Origin: Mobula hypostoma
Lineage: Eukaryota
NCBI RefSeq assembly: GCF_963921235.1
Contig: NC_086101.1
Span: forward strand, 5,458,001-5,522,000
Direction: 5' to 3'
Length of the DNA: 64,000 nucleotides
The stretch's first letter is position 1; every line of letters begins with the position of its first letter. The translations under genes were made by a program, and so were the position numbers. Below are positions 53,060 through 64,000 of this stretch, piece by piece. The notes beneath the pieces are model-generated. The model saw only the letters and a list, made by a program, of their open reading frames with translations. It did no database searches and was not told the origin of the DNA.

Positions 53060-53360
53060 GGCACGTGGCCAAGTGGTTAAGGCGTCGGTCTAGTGATCTT
53101 AAGGTTGCTAGTTTGAGCCTCAGCTGAGGCAGCATGTTGTGTCCTTGAGCAAGGCACTTAACCACACATTGCTCTGCGACGACACCGGTGCCAAGCTGCA
53201 TGGGTCCAAATGCCCTTCCCTTGGACAACATCGGTGGCATGGAGAGGGGAGACTTGCAGCATGGGCAGCTGCTGGTCTTCCATACAACCTTGCCCAGGCC
53301 TGCGCCCTGGAAACCTTCCAAGGGGCAAATCCATGGTCTCACGAGACTAATGGATGCCTG
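53060..53360 (+). mobile_element. tRNA-derived SINE
   Basis: A box TGGCCAAGTGG, degenerate B box GTTTGAGCC; homologous to 24405-24702. Confidence 0.85.
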
Positions 53361-53530
53361 TAAAAAGTCAGCTCAGAGGCCCAGGCAGGGCCCAATTTTC
53401 TGGACAGTGATCCATTCCCTGTGGTTATACAAACTCTGGCCCAGTTCGTTACGGGGTAGGGCTCACATGTTGTACAGCTTCCTGTGTGGGGGTAGAGCAC
53501 ACAGCACTGACATTCCCGTATCGGCCTTAC

Positions 53531-53794
53531 CTGTGGTTGCTGTGGTGATCACGGCCTCACTCTTCATCTTCCCCTGCTCACCCACCAGCGAGATGGTGTA
53601 CTTGGTGCCCTTCTCCAACCCTTTTAGTGTGGCTGTGCGATCCTGGCTAGACACCGTCAGCTCCCCGCCTCGGCTGCTCCGGGTGGTATAGCTGATGCGA
53701 TAGAGATCGACCTGGGCTACGGACCTCTCCCACTGCAGGCTGATGGTGGAGTCGGTCACGGCGACTATCTGCAGGTCCCTGGGGCTGTCGATCA
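53531..53794 (-). CDS. tnxb: Tenascin FN3 exon ((V)IDSPRDLQIVAVTDSTISLQWERS...AVITTATT)
   Basis: Acceptor ctcctcgcctctggcag|TG ATC, donor ACA G|gtaagg, 264 bp, phase 1-1, complete FN3 pattern. Confidence 0.92.
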
Positions 53795-53821
53795 CTGCCA
53801 GAGGCGAGGAGAGAAACATTG

Positions 53822-54285
53822 TCAAGGAAAAAGTTTTAAAATCTGAGGTGCAAATGGACTTGGGAGTCCTCGCACAGGATACATTAAAGGTTAACTTGCA
53901 GGTTGGTGAGGAAAGCAAATGCAATGTTTCGAAAGGACTAGAATATAAAAGCAAGGATGTAACGCTGAGGCTCTATAAGGCACTGGTCAGACTGCACTTG
54001 GGAGTGTTGTGAGCAGTTTTGGGCCTCTTATCTAAGAAGAGATTTGCTGGCATTGGAGAGGGTCCAGAGGTTCACGAGAATGATCCTGGGAATGAAAGGG
54101 TTAATGTACAAGGATCAGTTGATGACTCTGGGCCTGAACTCATTGGAGTTTAGAAGAATGAGGGGGAGAATCTCATTGAAAGCTATCAAATATTGAAAGG
54201 CCTCGACAGAGTGGACATGGAGAGGATATTTCCAATAGTGAGGGAGTCTCGGACCAGAGGGCACAGCCTCAGAATGGAAGGACAT
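53822..54285 (+). mobile_element. CR1 ORF2 C-terminal fragment lying ~30 bp from an exon acceptor
   Basis: 'KSEVQMDLGVL', 'GLEYKSKDVTLRLYKALVR' peptides. Confidence 0.88.
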
Positions 54286-54462
54286 TCCTTTCATCCACGA
54301 GACTAATGAACCTACTCACCCGTGTGTCCACTGAATATGTGAGGGAACTGGAGCACCCGAAGGAAACCATGTGGTCACGTGATGGGATCTGTTTGTATCC
54401 ATTACAGCACATTTGCAGTGTGTCTGGGTGGGTGGGTGTGTCTGTGTATGTGCATATCTTTC

Positions 54463-54469
54463 TGTGTGT

Positions 54470-54525
<56 letters not shown>
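54463..54525. repeat. (TG)n microsatellite
   Basis: About 30 TG units. Confidence 0.97.
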
Positions 54526-54529
<4 letters not shown>

Positions 54530-54942
54530 TGTCACAACCACAGATTCCGCAGCGCAGTAGATATGGCAATTGCGCTCGTGAATGTGCACGTGTCAGTTAA
54601 TTATTATTTCATTGTGTTAGTATTTAATTCTATTCATTCCATCGTAGTATTTGTCGAGACTTGCACACAGCAACTCTTCGCTGCCTGCTTGCTTTCTGCC
54701 TTGCCTGAAAAATTGGACTGTTGAGTTAACTGACTCTGAAGACGAGTGGTATTCCTTTTCTTCTTAGTTCTTTTCAGCCGCAGTGTAGGCTGTTTTCTAC
54801 TTGAGTTTAAGTTAATGGCCCTGCTTGGCCTAGCATTTATTGTTTACTTTTCCCTTTAACACCATTCACATTAAAGTCTGTGAACTATCAACCCGCGTCC
54901 GTGTCTCACTCCGCACTTGGGCCATATCTGAACCTGGTGACA
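54530..54942 (+). mobile_element. Probable solo LTR (413 bp)
   Basis: Ends TGTCAC...GTGACA (inverted, TG..CA); ATTAAA near 54870. The flanking duplication is imperfect (tatgt/gttgt). Confidence 0.55.
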
Positions 54943-55084
54943 GTTGTGTGTAGATGTGTGTACATACACCCATCTGTGCTCACAGAACCTTGTAATGTTC
55001 GGACGCAAGAATGTGTGTAGATGTGTACGTATGGGTGAGGTGGTGGAGTTAGGATCAGAATCAGGTTTATTATTGCTGATATAT

Positions 55085-56042
55085 AGATAGATAGATATAC
55101 TTTATTGATCCCGAGGGAAATTGGGTTTCGTTACAGCTGCACCAACCAAGAATAGAGCATAAATATAGCAATACAAAAACCACAAACAATCAAACAACTA
55201 AATGCAAACTATGCCAGATGGAAATAAGTTCAGGACCAGCCTATTGGCTCAGGGTGTCTGACCCTCCACAGGAGGAGCTGCAAAGTTCGATGGCCACAGG
55301 CAGGAACGACCTCCCGTGACGCCCAGTGTTGTATCTCGATGGAATATGGCTGGAGTCCAACAGCAAAAAGTTCAATATCTTGTCTACAATCACGTTCCTC
55401 AATCATAATATGACCAGGATTGCACCATCCGTTGTTAACCAGAACAGCAAGCCCCCAACTCCTTTACGCTTATCGCTCTGAATGCACTTCCAGTCAGCCC
55501 GAATGGTCTGGAAGCCCTCTATGGAAAGGTTTTGATCGGGTATGTCCTTGTGCAGCGCCGTTTCAGTAAAACACATAACACTGCACTCCCGAAATGTTCT
55601 CTGACTCCTGGCCAGCGCCGTCAACTCGACCATTTTATTACCCACCGAACTCCTCCTCTCCATAAGTCTCTGTTGTCTTGACCCGGTCCTCTTTCCTCTA
55701 CTTTGTGATCCCCCTCTGCATCCTCTGTGTGTTTTCCTCCAGATTTCAGCAGGGGTGTCTGCTGCTCTGCTCGCTAAACCGGCCGGCATAAGCGCAAGCA
55801 GCTGGTCCCTGGAATAAACAATGCGATCATACTGCTGCCCCGCTAATGAGGTGTCGGAATGTAACTATTTTCAGCGCTAAAAACCCAAATAAAACTCTCT
55901 CCACCTGCATGTTAGAGAGGGTGCAGCTTCAACGTGTTACCTTGAGAGAAAAAAATACCACAAATAATGTAAGTTAAAAAAGTAAGAAAACTAATCGGAA
56001 TGGCTGTAACAGGCTGCATGCACGACCGGCGCATACGCACTG
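55085..56042 (-). mobile_element. Internally deleted Rex-Babar-like LINE (5' UTR and endonuclease start joined to the 3' end)
   Basis: APE-type peptide 'GNKMVEL..L...RECSVMCFTET.L...IEGFQTIRAD...KRKG.GG'; 3' 'RSFLPVAI' motif, AATAAA and (tatc)n tail at ~55085-55105. Confidence 0.75.
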
Positions 56043-56125
56043 AAAGAATGTTTCAACAAATTATATGTTGTAAAATCTGCTTTGCAGCACCAACACAGTG
56101 CAATACATAAACTATATTACAGAGG

Positions 56126-56320
56126 AACACACACAAAATGCTGGAGGAACTCAGCGGGTCAGGCAGCATCTACGGAGAGGGATGTACAGTCGATATTTCG
56201 GGCCGTTATACACTCAGCATGACCATTTATTCCTCTCCGTAGACGCTGCCTGACCTGCTGAGTTCCTCCAGCATTTTATGTGTGTTGCTTTGAATTTCCA
56301 GCATCTGCAGAATCTCTTGT
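56126..56320. mobile_element. Short Penelope-derived foldback
   Basis: ~50-bp arms (cacacaaaatgctggaggaactcagc...ctacggagagg and its reverse complement) around a ~55-bp spacer. Confidence 0.8.
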
Positions 56321-57224
56321 GCTTAAAAACATTACTCTAAGTTACAATTAGAGATAATTTTTAAATAGATACGTTGTGCAAAAACAGAACAAAGAAGTGA
56401 GGTGGCGATCATGTGTTCACTGATCTGATGGTGGCGCGGCAGGAGCTGAAACGGTAGGGTAGCAGCGTGCAGAGTACCCACCCGGGCCGTCCGGGCCGCA
56501 CAGTCAGACACACCACATTCCTTGCTGACTGGAGTGCTTTTTGACAGGCCTGGACTTCAGCTCAGCCTTGTTCCCAGGCAAATATTTAACAACATGGTGA
56601 GTGCAAGTCAGAGGTTTAGTCCAGCTCACCAGACATAGAATGGTGGCATCTGTGGTCAGATGTACTGACACCCCCCCCCCCGCCCCCCGGCACCTCCCTG
56701 TGAACAACGTTCCAGTCGCAGTCTGTGCTCTGCTCTACATTGTCACCCCAGCTCTAGCAGACCAGACTCCACGACACCTCCTCCCGGCTCTGCTTTCACC
56801 GCCTTACCGAATTGAATCCACATTACTTTACAAAAAAGAAGAAAAGTCAGCAATGAGACCTTCTTTAGGAGGTGGAGGAGCCTTGGTATCTCATCAAAGG
56901 CTAACAAGTTTCTGCAGATGTACCGTGGAGGGCCTTCTAACTGGCTTCACTGCCTCTGGTGTGGGGCAGAGTTGGGGGCACTGCACAGCATTGTAAAAAG
57001 CTGCAGAAAGTTGTAAACTCAGCCAGTCCCAACATGGGCCAAGCCTCCAGAATATCTACAAGAGGCAATGCCTCAGGAAGGTCACATCTATCATGAAAGG
57101 TCCTCATAACTCCAGACATGCCCTCGTCCCATTTCTACCTACATGGAGGAGCTACAGAAGCCTGAAGACACACACTCAGTTTTTGAGGGACAGCTTCTCC
57201 CCTTCACCATCAGATTTGATTGCG

Positions 57225-58045
57225 GCTGATTTATCTTCCCTCTCAACCTGATTATCCTGCCTTCTCCCCATGACTTCAGATTCCCAGACTAATCAAGAAT
57301 CTGTCAACCTCCGCTTTAAATATACTCAATTACTTGGCCTGCACAACCATCTGTGGCAATGAATTCGCAGCTTCATCACCCTCTGGCTAAAGAAATTCCT
57401 CCTTATCTCTGTTCTAAAATGATGTCCCTCTATCCTGAGGCTGTGCCCTCTAGTCCTAGACTCCCCCACTATGGGAAACATCCTCCCCACATCCACTCTA
57501 TCTGTGTCCTCTGGTCCTAGACACCCTCACTATAGGAAACATCCTCTCCACATCCACTCTATCTGTGCCCTCTGGTCCCAGACTCCCCCACTACAGGAAA
57601 CATCCTCTCCACATCCACTCTATCTGTGTCCTCCGGTCCTGGACTCCCCCACTGTAGGAAACATCCTCTCCACATCCACTCTATCTGTGCCCTCTGGTCC
57701 TAGACTCCCCCACTATAGGAAACATCCTCTCCACATCCACTCTATCGAGGTCTTTCAATGTTCAATAGGTTTCAGTGAGATCGCCTCTCATTCTCTCATT
57801 CTTCAAAACTCCAGGGAGTACAGGCCCAGAGATATTAACCACTCCTCACGTGTTAATCCTTTCATTCCTGGAATCATTCTCGTATCGCTCCTCTAGACAC
57901 TCTTTTCTTAGGCAAGGATCCAGAACTACTCACAATATCTAAGTGTGGTCTGACCAATTCCCCATAAAGCCTCAGCATCACATGCTTGCTTTTATATTCC
58001 AGTCCTCTAACATTGCATTTGCCTTCCTTACCACCGACTCAACCG
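57225..58045 (-). mobile_element. CR1 3' fragment containing a 61-bp x5 tandem expansion (57441-57745)
   Basis: CR1 C-terminal sequence; the unit ctgtgccctctggtcctagactcccccactataggaaacatcctctccacatccactctat starts at 57441, 57502, 57563, 57624 and 57685. Confidence 0.9.
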
Positions 58046-58364
58046 GCACGTTACGACTGAGATTGTCTTATGGTCTTTTGGAGAGGATATTCTGGCAGGA
58101 TCGTAAATAAAGCCACGTGGTTAAACTTGAGATCCAAGAAGAGGCTGGTCACTTATAAAACAGCCAAAACCACCAAGATTCATGCCTCATTCTTGGCATC
58201 CAAAGCAGCTCAGGATCACAATACACAGAACCCACAGTAAGAAAGGTGACAGAATAATCGCCAGTAACCTCACGAAGGATCCCACCCACCCTGCTCATGA
58301 GCTGTTTGTCCCACTCCCATCAATGAGGAAGCTACGTAGCATCTACACCAGCACCACCAAACTT

Positions 58365-58772
58365 TATTCCCCATTCCCGTTTCCCTCTCTCAGCTTTTCT
58401 CCTTACCTGCCTATCACCTCCCTCTGGTGCTCCTCCTCGCTTCCCTTCCTTCCATGGCCTTCTGTCCTCTCCAAACAGATTCTCCCTTCTCCAGCCCTGT
58501 ATCTCTTTCACCAACCAACTTCCCAGCTCTTTACTTCGCCCATACCCCCTCCCAGTTTCACCTATCACCTGCTACCTTGTACTTCTCCCTGTCCAACCCC
58601 CACCTTCTGAATCTGACTTCTCATCTTTTTCCTCCAGTCCTGACGAAGGGGCTCAGCCTGAAACATCAACCATGTACTCTCTTCCATAGATGCTGCCTGG
58701 CCTGCTGAGTTCCTCCAGCAATTTGTGCGTATTACTTTGATTTCCGTCATCTGCAGACCTTCTCGTTTCTGA
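58365..58772 (+). mobile_element. Penelope-like pseudo-LTR with hammerhead-like core
   Basis: cagtc-ctgacga-aggg-gctcag-cct-gaaac-atc at ~58635-58667. Confidence 0.8.
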
Positions 58773-59585
58773 CACATAATCAGTTACTCTCCCCAAGCAG
58801 CAAGGCCGATCAACACCCCCACCCACTAACCCACCCCACCACCACGACTTTATCATTTCCTGCCAGCCACCTTATGTACAGACATTCCTGTGCCTAGCGT
58901 CACTTTATGGCCACACATTCAATCTGTGTACACCAGCCATTTAATGGTGTTTATATTTATTGTGTTTTTATCATTACTGTGTTCTTTATCTTACTGTGCA
59001 TTTTGTGCTGTATTGGAGTTGGAGCAACAATTATTTAACTTGTGTACTGGGAATGACACTAAACAATCTTGAATCTTGAACATCTTACAGTCTTAATAAA
59101 AAGGCCATAGCCACCAAGTTTAAATTCCCGACCATGACTTCCAAAGAAATTCAGCATCGAGCACACCTACACAAAATGATGTCGCAGGGAAGCAGCATCC
59201 ATCGTCAGGGAATCCCGCCACCCAGGTTACGCTCTCTTCTGGCTGCTGTCATTAGCAAGGAGGTACAGGAGCCTCAGGACTCACTCCACCAGGTTCAGGA
59301 ACAGTTATTACCCCTCGACCCTCAGGCTGTTCAACCAGAGGGCAGAACTTCACTCAGCTATACTTACTGTTCCCATGACCTTCTGACTCACTTTCAAGGA
59401 ATCTTAAGCTCATGTTCTTGATATTTATCGCTTATTTATTGACCATTATTTCTTTTTCTTTCTTTTAGTATTTGCACAGTTTGTTGCCTTTTGCACATTT
59501 TTTTTTAGTCCATCCTGTTGAATACGGTTGTTCATTGATTCTATAGGAAGAGGTACAGTCGATGTTTCGGGCCGGGACACTTCGT

Positions 59586-59623
59586 TAGTCCTGACGAAGG
59601 GTCTCGGCCCGAAACTTCGACTG
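59586..59623 (+). ncRNA. Minimal type-I hammerhead ribozyme-like motif, closest to consensus
   Basis: TAGTC-CTGACGA-A-GGG-TCTCGG-CCC-GAAAC-TTC-GACTG: perfect stem II, paired stem I, triplet UUC instead of GUC. Lies in a palindrome at 59540-59640. Confidence 0.65.
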
Positions 59624-59920
59624 TACCTCTTCCTAGAGATGCTGCCTGGCCTGCTACGTTCACCAGCATTTTTTGTGTGTGTTGCTTGAATTTCCAGCAT
59701 CTGCAGTTTTCCTCATGTCTGTGTTCATTGATTCTATTGTGCTTCTTTGTAATTACTGTGAATGCTTGTAAAAAATGAATCTCAGGGTTGTATATTGCGA
59801 CATACATGTACTTTGAACTGTGAACTTTGAACTTAATAAAATGGCCATAACCACCATGTTTTATGCCTCAGCCTTGACCTCAGGACACAACATCACCAGC
59901 TCGGACGGTGGGGAACTCAC

Positions 59921-60184
59921 CTGTAGTGCCTCTGGTTGCTGCTGCCTTACTCCGGTGGGGGCCCCGCTCGCCCACCAGCGAGATGGTGTGCTCCACCCCA
60001 ACCTCCAGTCCGGTCAGCACCGTCTGGCTGTTTCCAGCGGGCACCACTACTTGGCTGCGACGGCCTGTTGCCGAGGAGTAGTTGAGCCGGTAGCGGTCGA
60101 TGGCAGCCAGCGGCCTCTTCCAGCCCAGCTCGAGGGTCGTGTTGGTAGCCGAGACCACTCGCAGGTTCTGGGGGCTGTCGATCA
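59921..60184 (-). CDS. tnxb: Tenascin FN3 exon ((M)IDSPQNLRVVSATNTTLELGWKRP...AAATRGTT)
   Basis: Acceptor cttgcccgcag|TG ATC, donor ACA G|gtgagt, 264 bp = 88 codons, phase 1-1. Has the FN3 W, Y and GL motifs. Confidence 0.92.
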
Positions 60185-60274
60185 CTGCGGGCAAGATCGA
60201 GTCCTCAGGCAATTGGTCAACAAGCATCGGGAAAGATGCAGCCGCCTGTGAGCGGCCAAGTCAAAATAAATGAG

Positions 60275-60745
60275 CCACAAACACAAATCGCTGGAGAGAC
60301 TCAGCAGGTCAGGCAGCATCCAGGGAGGGAAATAAACAGCGGACTTTTCAGGCTGAGACCCTTCATCAGGACTGGAAAGGAATGGAGTAGAAGCCAGAAT
60401 AAGGTGGTCAGGGACAGGGGGAGGAGGACAAGTTGGCAGGTGATAGGTCGGACCAGGAGAGGGGGAAGTGGGTGGGTGGGGAAGGGGAGATGAAGTGAGA
60501 AGCTGGGAGGTCAGAGGTAGAAGAGGTAAACAATCTGATAGGAGAGGAGAGTGGACCGTGGAAGAAAGGAAAGGAGAAGAGGTTCCTCCTCTTTACTCCT
60601 ATCAGATTCCTCCTCCTTCCCTTTCACAGCCCGAGATATCAACTCTTTATTCACCTTCATAAACACTGCCTGACCTGCTGATTTCCACCAGCGTTTGTGT
60701 TTGTGCGTTTTTCTGGATTTCCAGCATCTGCAGAATTTTTTGTGT
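60275..60745. mobile_element. Inverted pair of Penelope-like pseudo-LTR fragments next to an exon acceptor
   Basis: Reverse-complementary arms; minus-strand core CAGTC-CTGATGA-AGGG-TCTCAG-CCT-GAAAA-GTC at 60337-60374. Confidence 0.75.
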
Positions 60746-61279
60746 TTAAAATAAATGTCTCCTTTACAGCAGGATGCCGTTTTGCTGGCGGGAGGGGAGG
60801 ATGGATATCATACACTGGTATCATATCATGCATCACTGCCAGGTATGGGAACTGTACCTCCCTCAATCGCAGGACTCTGCGGAGAGTAGAGCTGACAGCC
60901 CGGCGCATCTGTAGTTGTGAACTTCCCATGATTCAGGACGTTTACAAAGACAGGTGTGTAAAAAAGGCCCGAAGGATCATTGGGGACCTGGGTCATATCA
61001 ACCACAAACTGTTCCAGCTGCTACCATCCAGGAAATGGTACCACAGCATTAAAGCCAGGACCTACAGGCTCCGGGACAGCTTCTTCCACCAGGCCATCAG
61101 ACTGATTAATTCATACTGATAAAATCGTAGTTCTATGTTATATTGAATGTCCTGTTGTACATACTATTTATTACAAATTACTACAAGTTGCACATTGCAC
61201 ATTTAGACAGAGACGTAACATAAAGATTTTTACTCCTCATGTATGTGAAGGATGAATGTAATAAAGTCTATTCACAAGA

Positions 61280-62200
61280 TCACAAAACAAAGGAGCCGAA
61301 GTAGGCCATTCGGCCCATCGAGTCTGCTCCGCAGCTCCCCCATGAGCTAAACTATTCACCCATCTAGTTCCAATTTCCGGCTTTTCCCCCATATCCCTTG
61401 ATACCCTGACTAATTAGATACCTGTCAATCTCCTCCTTAAACACTCTCAGTGATCGGGCCTCCACAGCTGTATGTGGCAACGAATTCCACAAATCCACGA
61501 CCCTCTGGCTAAAAAAATTTCTCCTCATCTCTGTTTTAACTGGGTACCCTCTAATTCTAAGACTATGGCCCCTTGTCCTGGACTCACCCACCAAGGGAAA
61601 CAACCTTTCCACATCTACTCTGTCCAACCCTTTCAACATTCGAAATGTTTCTATGAGATCCCCTCTCATTCTTCTATACTCTAATGAATACAATCCAAGA
61701 GCCGACAGACGCTCCTCATATGTTAGCCCCTGCATTCCGGGAATCATCCTCATAAATCTTCTCTGAACTCTCTCCAACATCAGTATATCCTTTCTAAGAT
61801 AGGGAGCCCAAAACTGCACACAGTATTCCAAATGAGGTCTCACTAATGCCCCATAGAGCCTCATCAACACCTCCTTACTCTTATACACTATTCCTCTGGA
61901 AATGAATGCCAACATAGCATTCGCTTTCCTTACCGCCAATCCAACTTGGTGGTTAACCTTTAGGGTATCCTGCACGAGGACCCCCAAGTCCCTTTGCACT
62001 TCCGATTTTTGAATTTTCTCCCCATCTAAATAATAATCTGCTCCATTATTTCTTCTCCCGAAATGTACAACCATACATTTGTCAATGTTGTATCTCATCT
62101 GCCATTTCTTTGCCCACTCTCCTAAACTGACTAAGTCTCTCTGCAACCTTTCCGTTTCTTCAACATTTCCTGCTCCTCCACCTATCTTGGTGTCATCTGC
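61280..62200 (-). mobile_element. Relatively young CR1 3' fragment with open ORF2 C-terminus
   Basis: 260-aa open frame (QRDLGVLVQ, LVRPHLEYCVQFW, RGDLIETF) plus 3' UTR. Confidence 0.94.
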
Positions 62201-62851
62201 AGTTCATTTTACTACACAAGGCACACTGTGTTAATTGCTGCAGTGTTAATTGAAGGCTATGCAGGGCCTTGGTATGGAATTGGGATTGGTTTATTGGTGT
62301 TAATTTTTATTGTCACTTATACCAAGATACAGTGAAAGGCTTGTTTTGCCAACTGTTCACACACATCAGATCATTACACAGTGCACTGGACTGCGTTGGT
62401 CATGGTCAACCATAGATATTGCGGCCTATTGATACACAAGACAGGGCAGAAACTGATACAGCAGCATCACAGGGGTTGCCCGTCAGTGTGGGACAGCCTT
62501 AGGGACTCCTAAGACTTTTCCTGGGTTTTACTGCCGAAGCCTTCCCCATGAGTGGGTATCGTTGCAAGGCAGCGGAGGTCTGAGATCAGAGTTTTCCTCC
62601 TCCTAGATGAGCTGCCAACCCCGGCTGATGAGCCCCATCTTCCGAAGTGACCAGTTATGGGGAGAAGGCAGGAGATTGGGGTTGAGGGGTAAAATAAATC
62701 AGCCATGTTGGGAACGGTGGCGCAGACTCGATGGGCCAAATGGCCTAATTCTGCTCCTCTGTCTCGTGGGGTTATGGACTTTACTCTAGCATGGTGCCCA
62801 CTTGCATCGCAGTGGAGATAAGTTCACCCGGGAACTCTAGAGAGCACTTAC

Positions 62852-63005
62852 TGGTGGTGAAGGTCCGCGTGATGGCCGCTCCGAGCTGTTTGTCTTTCTG
62901 GGCCTGCAGAGTCACTTCATACTCCTGACCTGATGCCAGCCCTGTCTGCTCGAAGGAGGTCTTGGAGCCCCCCAGTTTGTTGATCAGTCTGCCATCCTCT
63001 TCCTT
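62852..63005 (-). CDS. tnxb: Tenascin exon, C-terminal half of an FN3 domain (KEEDGRLINKLGGSKTSFEQTGLASGQEYEVTLQAQKDKQLGAAITRTFTT)
   Basis: Acceptor ...ccctcaacag|AAG (phase 0), donor ACC ACC A|gtaagt (phase 1), 154 bp. The split FN3 with 'QTGL.GQEY' is typical of the second tenascin FN3 repeat. Confidence 0.88.
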
Positions 63006-64000
63006 CTGTTGAGGGTGATCAAAAGATCCCAATGGTTAGGTGGAGTCAGGGTCCTTGGACGCCTCTGTAGGTGGACTTAATGAATCCATGTAGGTCAGTA
63101 GCTACAGAGGTCACGGAGAAGGGCTAACATCCCTCAGCTGACTGGTTGCATCACCGTCTGGTAGGGGATTGTAATCTCACCCATCTCCATCGTAGGCATT
63201 AGCCTCACACCACCAAGGACGTCTTCAAAAGGTGATGCCTCAGAAAGGCAGCAGCCATCACTAAGGACATGTCCCCCTCTCATTGCTACCATCAGAGCAG
63301 AGGTATAGAGGCCTGAAGACTCACACTCAACATTTCAGGAACAGCTTTGTCTCCTCCAATGTCAGATTTCTGAATGGTCTAAGAACACGACCTCACTAAT
63401 TGCTCTCAAGGAATTCATTGTGGACTTCAGGAAGGGGAAGATGAGGGAACACACACCAGTCCTCATCGAGGAGTCAAAAGTTGGAAAGGCTGAACAGTTT
63501 CGAGTTCCCGGGTGTCAATGTCTCCGGGTCCAATGTGTTGATGCAATTACAAAGAAGGTACACCAGCGTTCGGAGTCTGCAGAGACTCCAGCAGATTTCT
63601 ACAGAGGTACTGTAGACTGGTTCCATCACCATCTGGTTTGGAGAGGCCATTGCACAAGACTGTAAAAAACTGCGGAGGGTTGTAAACGCAGCCAGCTCCA
63701 TTGTGGGCCCCAGCTTTCCCACCATTGAGGGCATCCTCAAAAGGCAGGGTCTCAGGAAGGTGGTGTCAACATTCAGGACCACCATCAAGGCGCAGCTCTC
63801 CAGTGAAAAATGATATCGTATCTGTTAAATAGGGCCCGTGGACAATTCTGATTTGATGGAGAATGGACATGAAAGCACAGAGGAACATCTGGAGAAATTT
63901 CTGAAACGCCCATTCGCTGCTGTCGTTACTGTGTGGTCGGGAATCTTTCGGAGGGTAGGCCTCAAAATCCCCGGCCTTGCCTGCTTTTGGGGACCGAGAA

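Noticed and set aside
53060..53135. tRNA gene
   Set aside because: A and B boxes are present but there is no complete cloverleaf, and it continues into a SINE body also found at 24405-24702.

Overview
Vertebrate genomic DNA, most likely a cartilaginous fish (ray or shark; inferred from the CR1, Penelope and Rex-Babar repeat landscape). The window lies wholly inside one large minus-strand gene, best read as tenascin-X (tnxb). I can splice eight in-frame exons with AG/GT boundaries: 63005-62852, 60184-59921, 53794-53531, 21962-21183, 19156-18791, 11060-10653, 4767-4486 and 2472-2191. They encode fibronectin type III (FN3) domains plus two non-FN3 linkers, one basic and Gly/Pro-repeat rich, the other acidic. 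The introns are almost entirely repeats: many CR1 LINE fragments (one young, with an intact 5'-truncated ORF2 and a TSD), Penelope-like remnants, Rex-Babar and RTE derivatives, tRNA-derived SINEs, a decayed Tc1 element, a hAT-like MITE, a probable solo LTR, a 4.3-kb 26-32 bp minisatellite and a ~17-kb (GA)n/(GACA) purine tract. The most notable hidden signal is a recurring minimal type-I hammerhead ribozyme motif in the Penelope-derived repeats, consensus CAGTC-CTGAYGA-A-GGG-TCTCGG-CCC-GAAAC-GTC-GACTG. It occurs on both strands, in foldbacks and in one 35-bp tandem trimer, but no copy matches the consensus perfectly. The multi-thousand-residue ORFs in the track are microsatellite artefacts. 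All family assignments come from motif recognition, not database searches, and repeat boundaries are approximate.
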